Assembly: GCA_965235115.1 (NCBI GenBank)
Contig: OZ249451.1
Coordinates: forward strand, 11,346,001-11,410,000
Direction of reading: 5' to 3'
Source of the DNA: Laetmonice hystrix
Lineage: Eukaryota
Length of the DNA: 64,000 nt
Below are positions 12,833 through 24,059 of the stretch, piece by piece (the stretch's first letter is position 1; each line of letters opens with the position of its first letter). Made by a program: the position numbers and the translations under genes. A model generated the notes under the pieces. It saw nothing but the letters and a program-made list of their open reading frames with translations. It did not search any database and was not told the origin of the DNA.

Positions 12833-15800
12833 TTACATACATCCGCACGATTTCACTTCTAGTTCCTTGACCATACGAATGATAACAGAGCCATTCTGGC
12901 CGTGGTAGAGAATCTGTCCACTGTTGAAGGAGATGGGAACACAACTGGCTGCAGGGACCGGGTTGTCCACTGGTTGTCTGGTACGATAGACGCTCCTTAC
13001 GTAAGCATTGTTGGTGCAGTTCACTGTATTATCGATTAAAGGTTCAGGACATACACCCTGGCAGAATCCTGTACTTATGATCTGGGGTTGAATAACTAGG
13101 TCCTCCCAGCCCAGATCTTTAACTGACACGTACAGTTCATACGGGTGACAAAGATGCGTGTCAGTTTCCGCCTTTGACGGTAGAGGGGGTGCGTAGCGAC
13201 GCTTCCGGTCAACGTCATCAGAACGTAACGTCACAGTCTCTTCAGCCTTACGTAAAACAGCGTCCATGTCTTCCACGGTGGAAAGTACGAGCTGAGCTGA
13301 TGTTTTACGTCGGTGACCAAATCTATAGTAAACTCTCACCTCATTGGTTGACCTTAAAATGGCCGGTAACATGGCACTAATGTTAAAGGTCACCCAGATC
13401 ACACCTACAGATGCGATGTGACGGGTCTGCCCCGGGAACTTCCGGCACAGATTTGTACTTTGCAAGCAGACGGTGATTTTCCTCGGGCGATGAGAATGAC
13501 GACGAGAGTTTGCCGTTGGCCTGTGGTACGTATCAATGAGGATCAACTCGAGAGTCGTGAACGGAACGTCGTCAAGGTCATTGGGCCATACCGTGAAACG
13601 GACGTATCCGGTGCCAGCATCGACTGGATCTGAAAAAAACCCCAACAACTCAATAGCCACGTGTGCAAATCATAGTATCCATATTCCTGTACAGGCATTT
13701 TTTGGTTTGTGTTGAGGAGGGGATCTCGGAGGCCAGGGGCCCGTCTTACTAATGCCCCTGATCCACCGCTGGCAACTTGGCCTTGCAACTCGTTCGCAAC
13801 CTGTTCGCAACCTGTTCGCAACTCGGGGAAGTCCTACAGTTGACATTCCAGTTGCGAACACGACACGAACACTATTTTGGTGGATCACCTGTCATGAGGG
13901 GTTCGCAACTGGCTCTGCAACTCGCCTGGAAGTCCCGCCTCTGAAAGTGAAACAGTGTTAGGGAGATGACGTCCCCAATATGGGGATGTCCCTGATTTGG
14001 GGAGTGACATTCTTAGTAGGCCTATAAGACGGGCCCCAGGTCACCCCTTTTTCTTTCATGGAGCTTTCTGAATTGATCATGTGAACCGTTTCGGTTCATA
14101 GCATAGACTGGTCCAGCGAGGCCGACTTGCCTAGAAGCGTTGAGGACCTTTTTTCAAATTAAATTCTTTCAACATAAAACATATTAAGAATGATCAAATG
14201 AATCGGTGTGAACTGAAATGCCCGTTTCATTGCTCGAGGCATCGCGTCTAGACTCAATGCATTGCTCTTTCATATGCAATCATTGCATATTTCTATTTAT
14301 TTGACAGTTCCTAGCCCTGTGGAGATTTCTAACGCCTAAGTAATGCAGGGCATATTGAGGTTGTGCAACATGATTATCATATTGGTTATATTATGATATC
14401 CTCGAAATAATCGTTTACAATCCCATATCCTGTTAACGAGATGTTCCTTTACATTACTGCAATCAGTTCTCGACTGCCACTTACGGCAGGATTCATGTAG
14501 CTGTGACAATCTCCCTGCCACAGCTTTACGACACCAGTGACACGTACATGAAGAGAGACACAGATCTCGATGTGTCCATGGTAAGTTATTTATTTCTAGC
14601 GCCCCACTCCCCTCCCCTCCACTAAGGTCAAACGTTTTTTAAAGTTGGCCCGTCTATGGGACACTGTGGAATGCGATCACTATTCGTCTATGTATACGAG
14701 TACGCCGACTTTATATTTTCTTCTTAACGCTCAGTGAACCAGGTAATCCTTGTTTTAACATTTCCACGTAGTTGATAAATGTTTGATAAAGTTTGGGGAC
14801 CGGGAGTAGGGATTAGGGTTAGTTTTGAGGCCAGGAAAGATTCTTACACCCAGATTTCGTACATAATGATACCATGAGCATCGACCAATTATGAACCAAC
14901 TTCCGCTTCCGGAACATCCCGTTGTACGCCGCTGGTATGAAAAGGCGAACGTCAAACCTTTTCCTTCTTGGCATTAAAAACAATCGTTAGGACGGCAAAG
15001 TCGGTCAAACGGTTCACATGTTTCACACAGAGAGATGCAAAACCGACACCTTCACAGACACAAAATGCCCTGTGGGACTTAATACTGTGACTCGTTCGTA
15101 GCATGCGATTATTCACTGCATTTAACTGGCACAATTTTCTTTATTGTAATTGGTGGGTCATTGGATATTCGGAGGGTATAGGTTCTGTATTCATTTTGTG
15201 TTAAGCAGGTGGTGCAAAAAAATTGTTTTCACCACACATGTAACAAATAAAATTCCCGAGTGATATTTTGGGGGTTGAAAATAAAAATTCCCTTGTACAG
15301 TAGATAGCCCCCCCCCCCGGCCAGTACATCCGACAGATATAGTGCGCTTCACTGCATACATTTTGAATGACGTGAGGCTCATTGAGTAAAGGCTTATAGA
15401 ACGCAACTTATTTGAGCTGATTATTTTGTAAACTCTTTCTTAACGAAGTTGTAGTATTTCCAACGTTCCTGTAAGTTTACTGGAATTAGAATGATGGTCA
15501 CCTATCTTTCTCAATGAGGTTGTGGTATTATATTTCCAATGTTCATGTCAGTTTACTGGTGTTTGAATGATTGCCACCAATATCTTTCTCAATGAGGTTG
15601 TGGTATTATATTTCCCAATGTTTATGTCAGTTTACTGGTGTTTGAATGATGGCCACCTATATCTTTCTCAATAAGGTTGTGGTCTTATATTTCCAATGTT
15701 CATGTCAGTTTACTGGTGTTTGAATGATGGCCACCAATATCTTTCTCAATGAGGTTGTGGTATTATATTTCCAATGTTTATGTCAGTTTACTGGTGTTTG

Positions 15801-17717
15801 AATGATGGCCACCTATATCTTTCTCAATGAGGTTGTGGTATTATATTTCCAATGTTCATGTCAGTTTACTGGTGTTTGAATGATGGCCACCTATATCTTT
15901 CTCAATGAGGTTGTGGTATTATATTTCCAATGTTTATGTCAGTTTACTGGTGTTTGAATGATGGCCACCCATATCTTTCTTAATGAGGTTGTGGTATTAT
16001 ATTTCCAATGTTCATGTCAGTTTACTGGTGTTTGAATGATGGCCACCTATATCTTTCTCAATGAGGTTGTGGTATTATATTTCCAATGTTCATGTCAGTT
16101 TATTGGTGTTTGAATGATGGCCACCTATATCTTTCTCAATGAGGTTGTGGTATTATATTTCCAATGTTTATGTCAGTTTACTGGTGTTTGAATGATGGCC
16201 ACCTATATCTTTCTCAATGAGGTTGTGGTATTATATTTCCAATGTTCATGTCAGTTTACTGGTGTTTGAATGATGGCCACCTATATCTTTCTCAATGAGG
16301 TTGTGGTATTATATTTCCAATGTTTATGTCAGTTTACTGGTGTTTGAATGATGGCCACCTATATCTTTCTCAATGAGGTTGTGGTATGATATTTCCAATG
16401 TTTATGTCAGTTTACTGGTGTTTAAATGACTATGGTCCCCTATCCCTGGTTATACACATTCAACGTCGACACGTCCTCAGCACGTCATCTTTCCTCACCC
16501 GTGACCCAGAATTCAGACTTGGGCAAGGGTCCCCTCTCTCCACCTCTCCCTTTGATTTACATAACAGAGGTGGTACCCCCTTCTATCGTCGGGTGAGGGT
16601 GAAGGGTGTACCTTAGTGCCCCGCCACTCGTGCGTGTCAAACCCCGGCATCAACGTCCCGCCCCCACCCCCCACCCCACATACGATCCTCATACCCCACC
16701 CCACCCCAAACACGATACGACTCTCATACCTCACCCACCCTACCCCAAACACTGGGAGACCCTCATACCCCAACCCGAAACACGATACGACCCTCATACC
16801 CCACCCCAAACACGATACGACCCTCATACAGTCTGTGAATTCCCCTGCAATGAACTTCAGCAATCTTTTTTAAAGGTTTGAAAAGTAGTTGAATTGCCCA
16901 ATAATTCAGATTCGTCTTACAGTAAATACCCTGATCCAATCCTACATAATTACAACCTACAACCCAACATATAATAAACTCCCCCGGGGTAAACATCGAG
17001 ATTAAAACACAAAAGTAGGTTGTCAGGTATGGCGAAACGAAAACTTGTGCAAGTGGAATGTATAACCAATTCCCTTTTTTTAAACTTTCCTCTTTGAATA
17101 AAGTCGGTGAGGCCAAACCGCCCCATTCTTCTTCTCCACCACTATTGTATATGTCTGTCGACCTTTGCGTATATCTAAATCACATCGTCCATATGAATGT
17201 AAGTGAGCACATCTCCTGCACGAACGTCTTAAACGTAAATACATGTGCGCAATAAATAGTCAACTTTACAATCTGATTATATGAGTGATATGAGGAATGA
17301 GAAACTATCTGGTCGAGCAATCTTTGACAGGGTTGGGCTCTCGTCGCACTGGTCGGTTTAACTCTGGGGTTGTAGGTACAGTTATGTAAACCTCCGACCT
17401 CCAGGGTACACCTTACCTTGGGAGCGGACGACAAGGTCGGGGTTGCCACCAGCCAGGTTGGTGATGCCATCCGGACCTCGGACTGACTCCAAGGCGCGGT
17501 ACAAGGCACTCATGTAGAGGGAGGCGGGCGGACGGTACCGGCGGCCGGGAGGTGCCTTCCCCCGGGGCCGGTCTGAGAACAACCCGGCCAGGGACTTGAT
17601 GGAGGCCGAGGAGCTGGTCAGGGGGGCGCCTGGAGGAGCATCCCCACCACGGGCTGCTCCGAGCAGGAAGCTGACTGCCAAACACGAGATGACGAGGTGG
17701 TGTGGTGGCCAAGCCAT
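12833..17717 (-). CDS. Divergent TGF-beta/BMP-family ligand precursor (2 exons, ~365 aa)
   Basis: Exon 1 17717-17417 (signal peptide MAWPPHHLVISCLAVSFLLGAARG; prodomain YMSALY...VVRSQ; donor G|gtaagg), exon 2 13629-12833 (acceptor ttttttcag|AT), phase-1 join, 1098 nt. Furin site RKRR then cystine-knot domain CHPYELYVSVKDLGW...FCQGVC...SCVP...VKSCGCM*. Subfamily not assignable by eye. Confidence 0.9.
15490..16428. repeat. 78-bp tandem repeat, ~12 copies, in the TGF-beta gene intron
   Basis: TATCTTTCTCAATGAGGTTGTGGTATTATATTTCCAATGTT(C/T)ATGTCAGTTTACTGGTGTTTGAATGATGGCCACC; period 78 (15503, 15581...). Confidence 0.95.
16665..16830. repeat. ~30-bp minisatellite, ~5 copies
   Basis: CCCCACCCCAAACACGATACGACCCTCATA variants. 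Confidence 0.8.
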
Positions 17718-18746
17718 GGTGCACCGACAGGGACAGGTGGTGGACAGGTGGACCACAAGGACAGATCGCTGGGCAAGTGGCCGGCCGGCTGCCTGGCTGG
17801 CTGGCTGCCTCCTCGTCGGGCGGAGACGTCACGGTTCACAACACACAATGTGTCTGGCTACCTCCCACGTGGCTCCCCATGTCATGATATGTCTGGTTTT
17901 CACCTTCACCTATTATAGACACGTGCGGGGCGGGGCAAGGCGCGCACAGAAATATCTCAATCAACCTGTCATCTCAGGGATACAGAGGGATATTATTACA
18001 TCACCATCTCTCTCTCTCAGTTGCAACCTGCAGTTTATGAAAATTTATCTGGTGATGCTTTGTAAAATATATAGGAACTAAGGCGGCCATCGGAGAAGGC
18101 ACCCAAAAATACCTTGTCCCATGATCCAGAGCAGGGTGGCGGAGCCGGGGGGGGGGGGCTTTAGCCCCTCTACTCTGAGGAAGGGGGGGGGTTAAGCACT
18201 TTTTTCGAGATCAGTGAAAAAAAGATAGGTAAGTTTTCAAAGTTCTTCAACCATCTGTATTTTAACAGTGAAAGCCGCATGACACTTTGTAAGAATGTAT
18301 TGCAAAGTTGTTTACGAAAGACTGACTTTCATCACAACTAATAGTTATCTTCAATCAGTATACATCCAGATAATAAAGTTTGTCTGTCAATTTTGAATAT
18401 GGATAAATTGGAAATCATGGAATAGACATGAGAGGAAACTTCAAAACTATATCACCGTCAAAATTATATAAATTTTGCAAATAAAAAGGTTTTTAAAAAC
18501 GTGTATTCAGTAGAGATTAAATTGGAAAATCTCGGTAATGACACCAGAATGCATCTTAGAGCACACTTATCGTCGGGTTACACCCTCACCTCTCCAAGTG
18601 ATGGGCACACCATCGGAAACCATCAACTCTTCATACTGTCAGCTTTTCAACAGCGTCGGTTTCTCGCCTTTTCCTATATATACCTTTGTAAAATGTTGCT
18701 AATCGCCTTTTATACACACCTGTTGGTTGGGTACCACAGACGTACC

Positions 18747-19092
18747 CCCTCCCTCCCTCCCTCCCTCCCTTCCTCCCTACCTACCTACCTACCTACCTAC
18801 CTGCCTCCCTACCTACTTGCCTCCCTACCTACCTACCTACCCACCTACCTACACCTACCTATACCTACTGACCTCCCTACCTATACCTACNNNNNNNNNN
18901 NNNNNNNNNNNNNNNNNNNNNNNNNNNNNNNNNNNNNNNNNNNNNNNNNNNNNNNNNNNNNNNNNNNNNNNNNNNNNNNNNNNNNNNNNNNNNNNNNNNN
19001 NNNNNNNNNNNNNNNNNNNNNNNNNNNNNNNNNNNNCCGCCCCTCCCTCCCTCCCTCCTTACCTCCCTCCTTACCTCCCTCCCTATCTACCT
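18747..19092. repeat. (CCCT)n/(CCTA)n microsatellite containing an assembly gap (N 18891-19036)
   Basis: Direct reading; run of N flanked by tetranucleotide repeats. Confidence 0.95.
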
Positions 19093-19203
19093 CCAGAGAC
19101 ACATAGATTGGGATATATATGTGCATCGACCTTATATATAATTCATGCGTTACCCGTGGATGAGACCGACAATGGCCGACCTTCACCCTCCAGTGATTAA
19201 GGC

Positions 19204-19205
<2 letters not shown>

Positions 19206-19276
<71 letters not shown>
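19206..19276. repeat. (TA)n microsatellite
   Basis: Uninterrupted TA run of ~70 nt. Confidence 0.97.
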
Positions 19277-19278
<2 letters not shown>

Positions 19279-20479
19279 AACTGGTTGTGTTCACAATGAG
19301 AGCTTACATTCCTCCCACCTATAACCCACACCGTCCCCTGCCAAGACCTATACTGGCTATAGTCTATACGCGGTCGTCAACCCCGTAGTCTACAGTCAGG
19401 GGGTTCTGGTACCCTATGGTAACCTTTCTATGACATTGGTAGCGCTATGGGTAGGGATAGGGGTTAGTTTTGAGGCGAGGTTAGGATAAGTGTTATGGTT
19501 AAGGGGCCGAGTTTATAAGGGTCAGGGCTAGGTTTGCGGCGAAGTTAACCCTTACCCTTTAATACACCCCCTGTCCCTGCCTTCATTAACCCTTACCCTT
19601 GATGATCCTTCTCGATACGGGTTCCTCCTGCATGAATATGATTTCACTCAATATGTTTAACCACGTTTCAAACATAGTAGATGTTAAACGAATATGATAA
19701 GCTAAATTTTTACTGAATGTGCTTTCTTCAATATTCATGCATTCTCATGTTTGTGTAGGAGCTAACATCCACTTGGCCCTTCCTGAGTACACAGCTGCAC
19801 CACCAGGTGGCGTTCCGGTTGTACATAGGGGCGGTGTAAGCCTTATTATAATACCTAGGAAATATGCACCATTCCGATAAATAGCAGGAAAACAAAAATT
19901 CCCTTCAGTGCTTCCCTGAGAACAAAATATTGTACTGCCAGATGTTGCTGCCAGTCTATTCGTCGCTATCGTTTTCTGTTATCGTTAGCTGTTGGACACG
20001 TCCGAAAACCAGCCAGGCTTACAGTCTACATTAAATTAGTATTCAACTTTTATACGGTGGATAATAACCACAACAGACCTCGACAAAATGATCTCGCCTG
20101 CTCATAATTGATGCGGGTAGTGAAATATCTGTGACCACTGAACCACTATACCGTTCATCCGCTCCCAATAGTTGGTGGTTTTCGGGCTACGACGGATCAG
20201 TAAGCGCATGGTAACCAGGAATTCATGACTCTAAACAACATGATGAGGCAATAGTGATACAGACTGGATCTCAGACGGATATAGTATGTTCAGATCTGAC
20301 GGCTGGTGACGTCATTCACCGACAGATATCTAGGCCTATGGGGAGTCGTCACGGTCAAAGACCTGAGTACAAGTACACCTTTCTCGAGAACAGAGCAGCA
20401 GAGGATGCAGGTAGGTTTTCCTTCGTGACGTCATAATGATGACGTCTTCAAGATGGTTGGTTAATGACAGTCGGCACAA

Positions 20480-20595
20480 GTCGGGGAATGGCCGTGACGC
20501 CACTAAATGAGCGATAATGAGTGTAAGGTAACGGTTAGGGTTAGGTTTAGCATCTTTCATCGCTCATTTTGATGACGTCACGGCCATTCCCCGAC
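20480..20595. mobile_element. Hairpin MITE-like element with nested inverted repeats
   Basis: Perfect 20-bp IR GTCGGGGAATGGCCGTGACG (20480-20499) / CGTCACGGCCATTCCCCGAC (20576-20595), inner IR AAATGAGCGAT/ATCGCTCATTT, loop with GGTTAGGGTTAGG. Confidence 0.6.
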
Positions 20596-20620
20596 ATGAG
20601 CCATGACAGTCCATTGTTTG

Positions 20621-20770
20621 TCACTTCCGGTAAAGAGGGTGCCGATCACTTCCGGTAAAGAGGGTGCCGATCACTTCCGATAAGGAGGGTGCCGATCACT
20701 TCCGGTAAAGAGGGTGCCGATCACTTCCGGTAAAGAGGGTGCCGATCACTTCCGGTAAAGAGGGTGCCGA
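20621..20770. repeat. 25-bp tandem repeat, 6 copies, five carrying ACTTCCGG (ETS motif)
   Basis: TCACTTCCGGTAAAGAGGGTGCCGA at 20621, 20646, 20671 (variant), 20696, 20721, 20746. Confidence 0.95.
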
Positions 20771-23700
20771 TCGAGGCCCAGTTTTTAAAAGGATGATCAA
20801 ACAGTATCTCGAGCTTACAACACAAACACGCTGAAAATATAGACTTGGAACAGGCTCCCACAACTGACTGTGAAAATGTTTACAAGTTTGATTTGCCACT
20901 TGATATATAAGGAACAACAACTGGAGAGATTGTCTGTTGATAAGAATTTGGTTGGTGTCTTGACTACAACCTTGTGGTAAGTAGGGCTAATGTGTGTTAT
21001 TCAATAGTCACATGCTTTTGGAGAGACCTTTGCAAGTTTATATTTTCAGCGGGCCCGCATTGCAAGCTTGAGATACTGCTCAAACGTGCTTTTAAAAACC
21101 GGGCTCAGGTGCCGACTCTGACGTGATGTGGAAATTACAACATTTGAACCATCTATACCGATAGATGGCGTTTGTTGTACTGCGGTTTGGTGCTCGTTTG
21201 TCCATTGACGAACACTGGGAATAAGGCTGTATCTCCTGTATCAGTCAGGGTACTGAAAGCATGTGATTTTCTCGGGCCACGTCGGGATACACCAGCAGTA
21301 CGTAACCAATCTACCCTCCTCCATTCTACCAGTAACTGGTAAGGTAAACTCCACCAGGTGGCCAGAGCTCGGAGCGACCTCTCGTGGCTATCGATGGAAC
21401 CTCACAGAGCATGCATAGGCTACATGTGGATACAACCCTGCACACATTCCACCGGAAGTAACGTGCAGATTTGCGCAGCGCTGATGGGGCACAGGGGACC
21501 AGTCGCTGATGGGGCACAGGGGACCAGTCTAGGTCTCATTCACGTGGCGTTCAGGGCCCTGCGTGGCGTTGGAAAATTTTCAATCACTTGAAAAGTCCAT
21601 TTGGCGACTTTTATAATATATTTAGAAAATACCCATAAAGGTCACATGAGGAACCGATACATGATATCGACATTATTTGAAACGCCATGTTATATTTTTT
21701 CATAATTAGTTTAATGTCATGCTTGATTGTGACCCATTATTTTGTTAATAACTGTGGTGTGAATAATGTTAGTGACAAGGGTGAGTGGTGAAAATATCGT
21801 TGTTTTCCATCAGCCCGAATTCGATATTATATATTATTGTTGTCGAAAATGTTTGTGCATGGTATTTGGAAATATATCTTTTGGAGTTTTAAAAGCGGAT
21901 GCGTGTGTGCTTCGGATTTTGTTTATCGTTCTCTCGGCGCAGCCGAGGGAGGGTATTTGGGGTTTTACGCCTTGAGGCGCAGCCGAGTCTGAGTAGAGTC
22001 TATACAGCCACAAAACGGATCCTCTAACTACGTGTTACGTGTTACGTAACACTTGAATGACCGATTCGTGTGCGACTCGTTCATATAGCCTTAAGATCTA
22101 CTGCTCATAACACTGGCCAACAAACGGGATGCCAGAGGTCCTGTTGATATCGTACGCCTACAATGATCGAGCTATACTGGCCACTCGCCGAATGCATTGA
22201 TAATCAGAGCCCATTTGTCCAGCCAACTCTTATAGACTCTGGATGGATGCATGCGTGGACTCTGGACGATGCCTATATAGGCCACTACATTGAAATTCTG
22301 GTCGCATTCTTACATGTAGCCCTATTCGTTGCATGGCCTAGAAACAGAAACGGCGGTGTCCCTATTTTCCACGGCATTGAAAGGCCACACGTGAAGACTG
22401 GATACCTTAAAGAGGCTGCATGGTGTCAATACATTTGGTGTTGATATGACAGTTAACGTCATAATGACTAGATCTGTGTCCGGATGTGAAACGGTATCTT
22501 AGTGAACAGAGTGAAGATATGTGACAGTCCAAATCATATCGGTACCTCCTCACAGCCAGATTGTAGATATCGGAGCGGATTGTGAGTATATAGTGCATGG
22601 CTTTCATGGAGTTAGCATGCATGGGGAACCCGGATGAGAAGGCTTAAGGTGATAACTGGTGTTGGGATGCTGTGGCCGGTGTAGATATTTGGGGCCGGGG
22701 AGATTAAGTAGAAGAATTGTTTGACATTTGGAGCCGGAGGGGGCGGAGTCAGTATGCACGCTGTGACAGCGTTCGGCAAGGTTAACGCCCTCTGGCGGAC
22801 GATTTTTGCCGGAATCTTGTAGTGTGAGAATCAATCGAACCGGTCTGACCGTGCCGCAATAACCTACATACTCATGGCCTCAATCCGGGGACTGTGTCAT
22901 TTAGTGGTTATTCTCCCATGGTAACTTCCCCACAAAACTTTTGGGGCAGGGGTTCGGGTTAAGGTCAGGGATAGGTATGGGGATAGGATAGGGGTATGTT
23001 TTAGGGAGGTGTAGGGACCGGGGTTAGTGGGTAGGGGTATAGATCTTGACTTTCGACCATATTTCGTGGGTATTAAGGGCGATGTACACACATTTGGTCA
23101 CAAGTTCTATAGTGCAGGCCTGCAGTAGGACCGCCACAGGCGCACCCCCCCCCCCGCCCCCAAGCTAAGTACTTCAGAAAGTCTCAAGCACTGGAGTACC
23201 CGGCACAGTCCAAGCTCTCCCTAGCTCCAATTACCTGCCTGTCAACTCTCCCGGATTGAGCGGGTGACACCCGCATTCAACACTAATCTCCCGCTCACTC
23301 GCCGCGGTCACAACATTTCCCGCAGAGTGAGCATAGAAGCAAACGGCCCAATCTAGACCTTATTTTATGCTTCAAAAAGCACCAGACGTCACCAAAATAC
23401 ACATCAAAATTGTCGGAGTGCATGCCCCTGAACCCCACCCATTTCATCTTCATCATCACAATCATCACCTCGAACTGACGAAATGAAACACTTGTTGCAC
23501 TGTTCAAAGATGGCCAACCGTTGCCGAACCCCCCCCCCCCCCACCTTAATTGCTGTGCCCCCTGATTTCCTGTCATTTTTTTCACCTATCATTAGACCCA
23601 CATTCCTATATATACCCACTTTATCTGTCATTTGCCATCACAATTCCTGGATCTAAACTAATTGCATCAGCATAGTAGGCCGATAAGCACGTATTATAGA

Positions 23701-24059
23701 TATCTGCACTCTATAACCGAGATCTGCTACAGTCTATAGTATAAGAGTGTATATCTGACCTCTTGTGACCTAACCATCTTCGTCACTGCCCGGTTGTATA
23801 TTATTGCCTACTTATCAGCTAGTGATCTGGCAGTATAACTTGTACCTGAGCCGGACACGGTGAGTCAATATTACCTGTCCTACTATTGCGGTGACGGTTT
23901 ACACAGACCACAGTCCTGACCGCCCTCGCCGCAGGGAGCCAGTGCTGCCCCCTGCCGGGTGTTTGTCGGGGGCGGAGACAGAAGTCAGTAGATGACCGCC
24001 GACAGTCGTGGGGGGAACTGTCTGACCTAGGAGAGTAAAGGACACCGTCCCTGGGGTCT

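Noticed and set aside
13630-13960. Possible extra TGF-beta exon using the acceptor at 13941-13942 and ORFs 13543-13821 / 13670-13888
   Set aside because: The phase-1 join hits a TGA after ~18 codons. The region has GTTCGCAAC repeats typical of an inserted element, and the acceptor at 13630-13631 gives a clean frame.
15490-16428. Regular array considered as a CRISPR locus
   Set aside because: Units are contiguous with no unique spacers, there are no cas genes, and the context is a spliceosomal intron.
18501-19294. Long ORFs of 135-201 aa
   Set aside because: Artefacts of microsatellites and the N gap.
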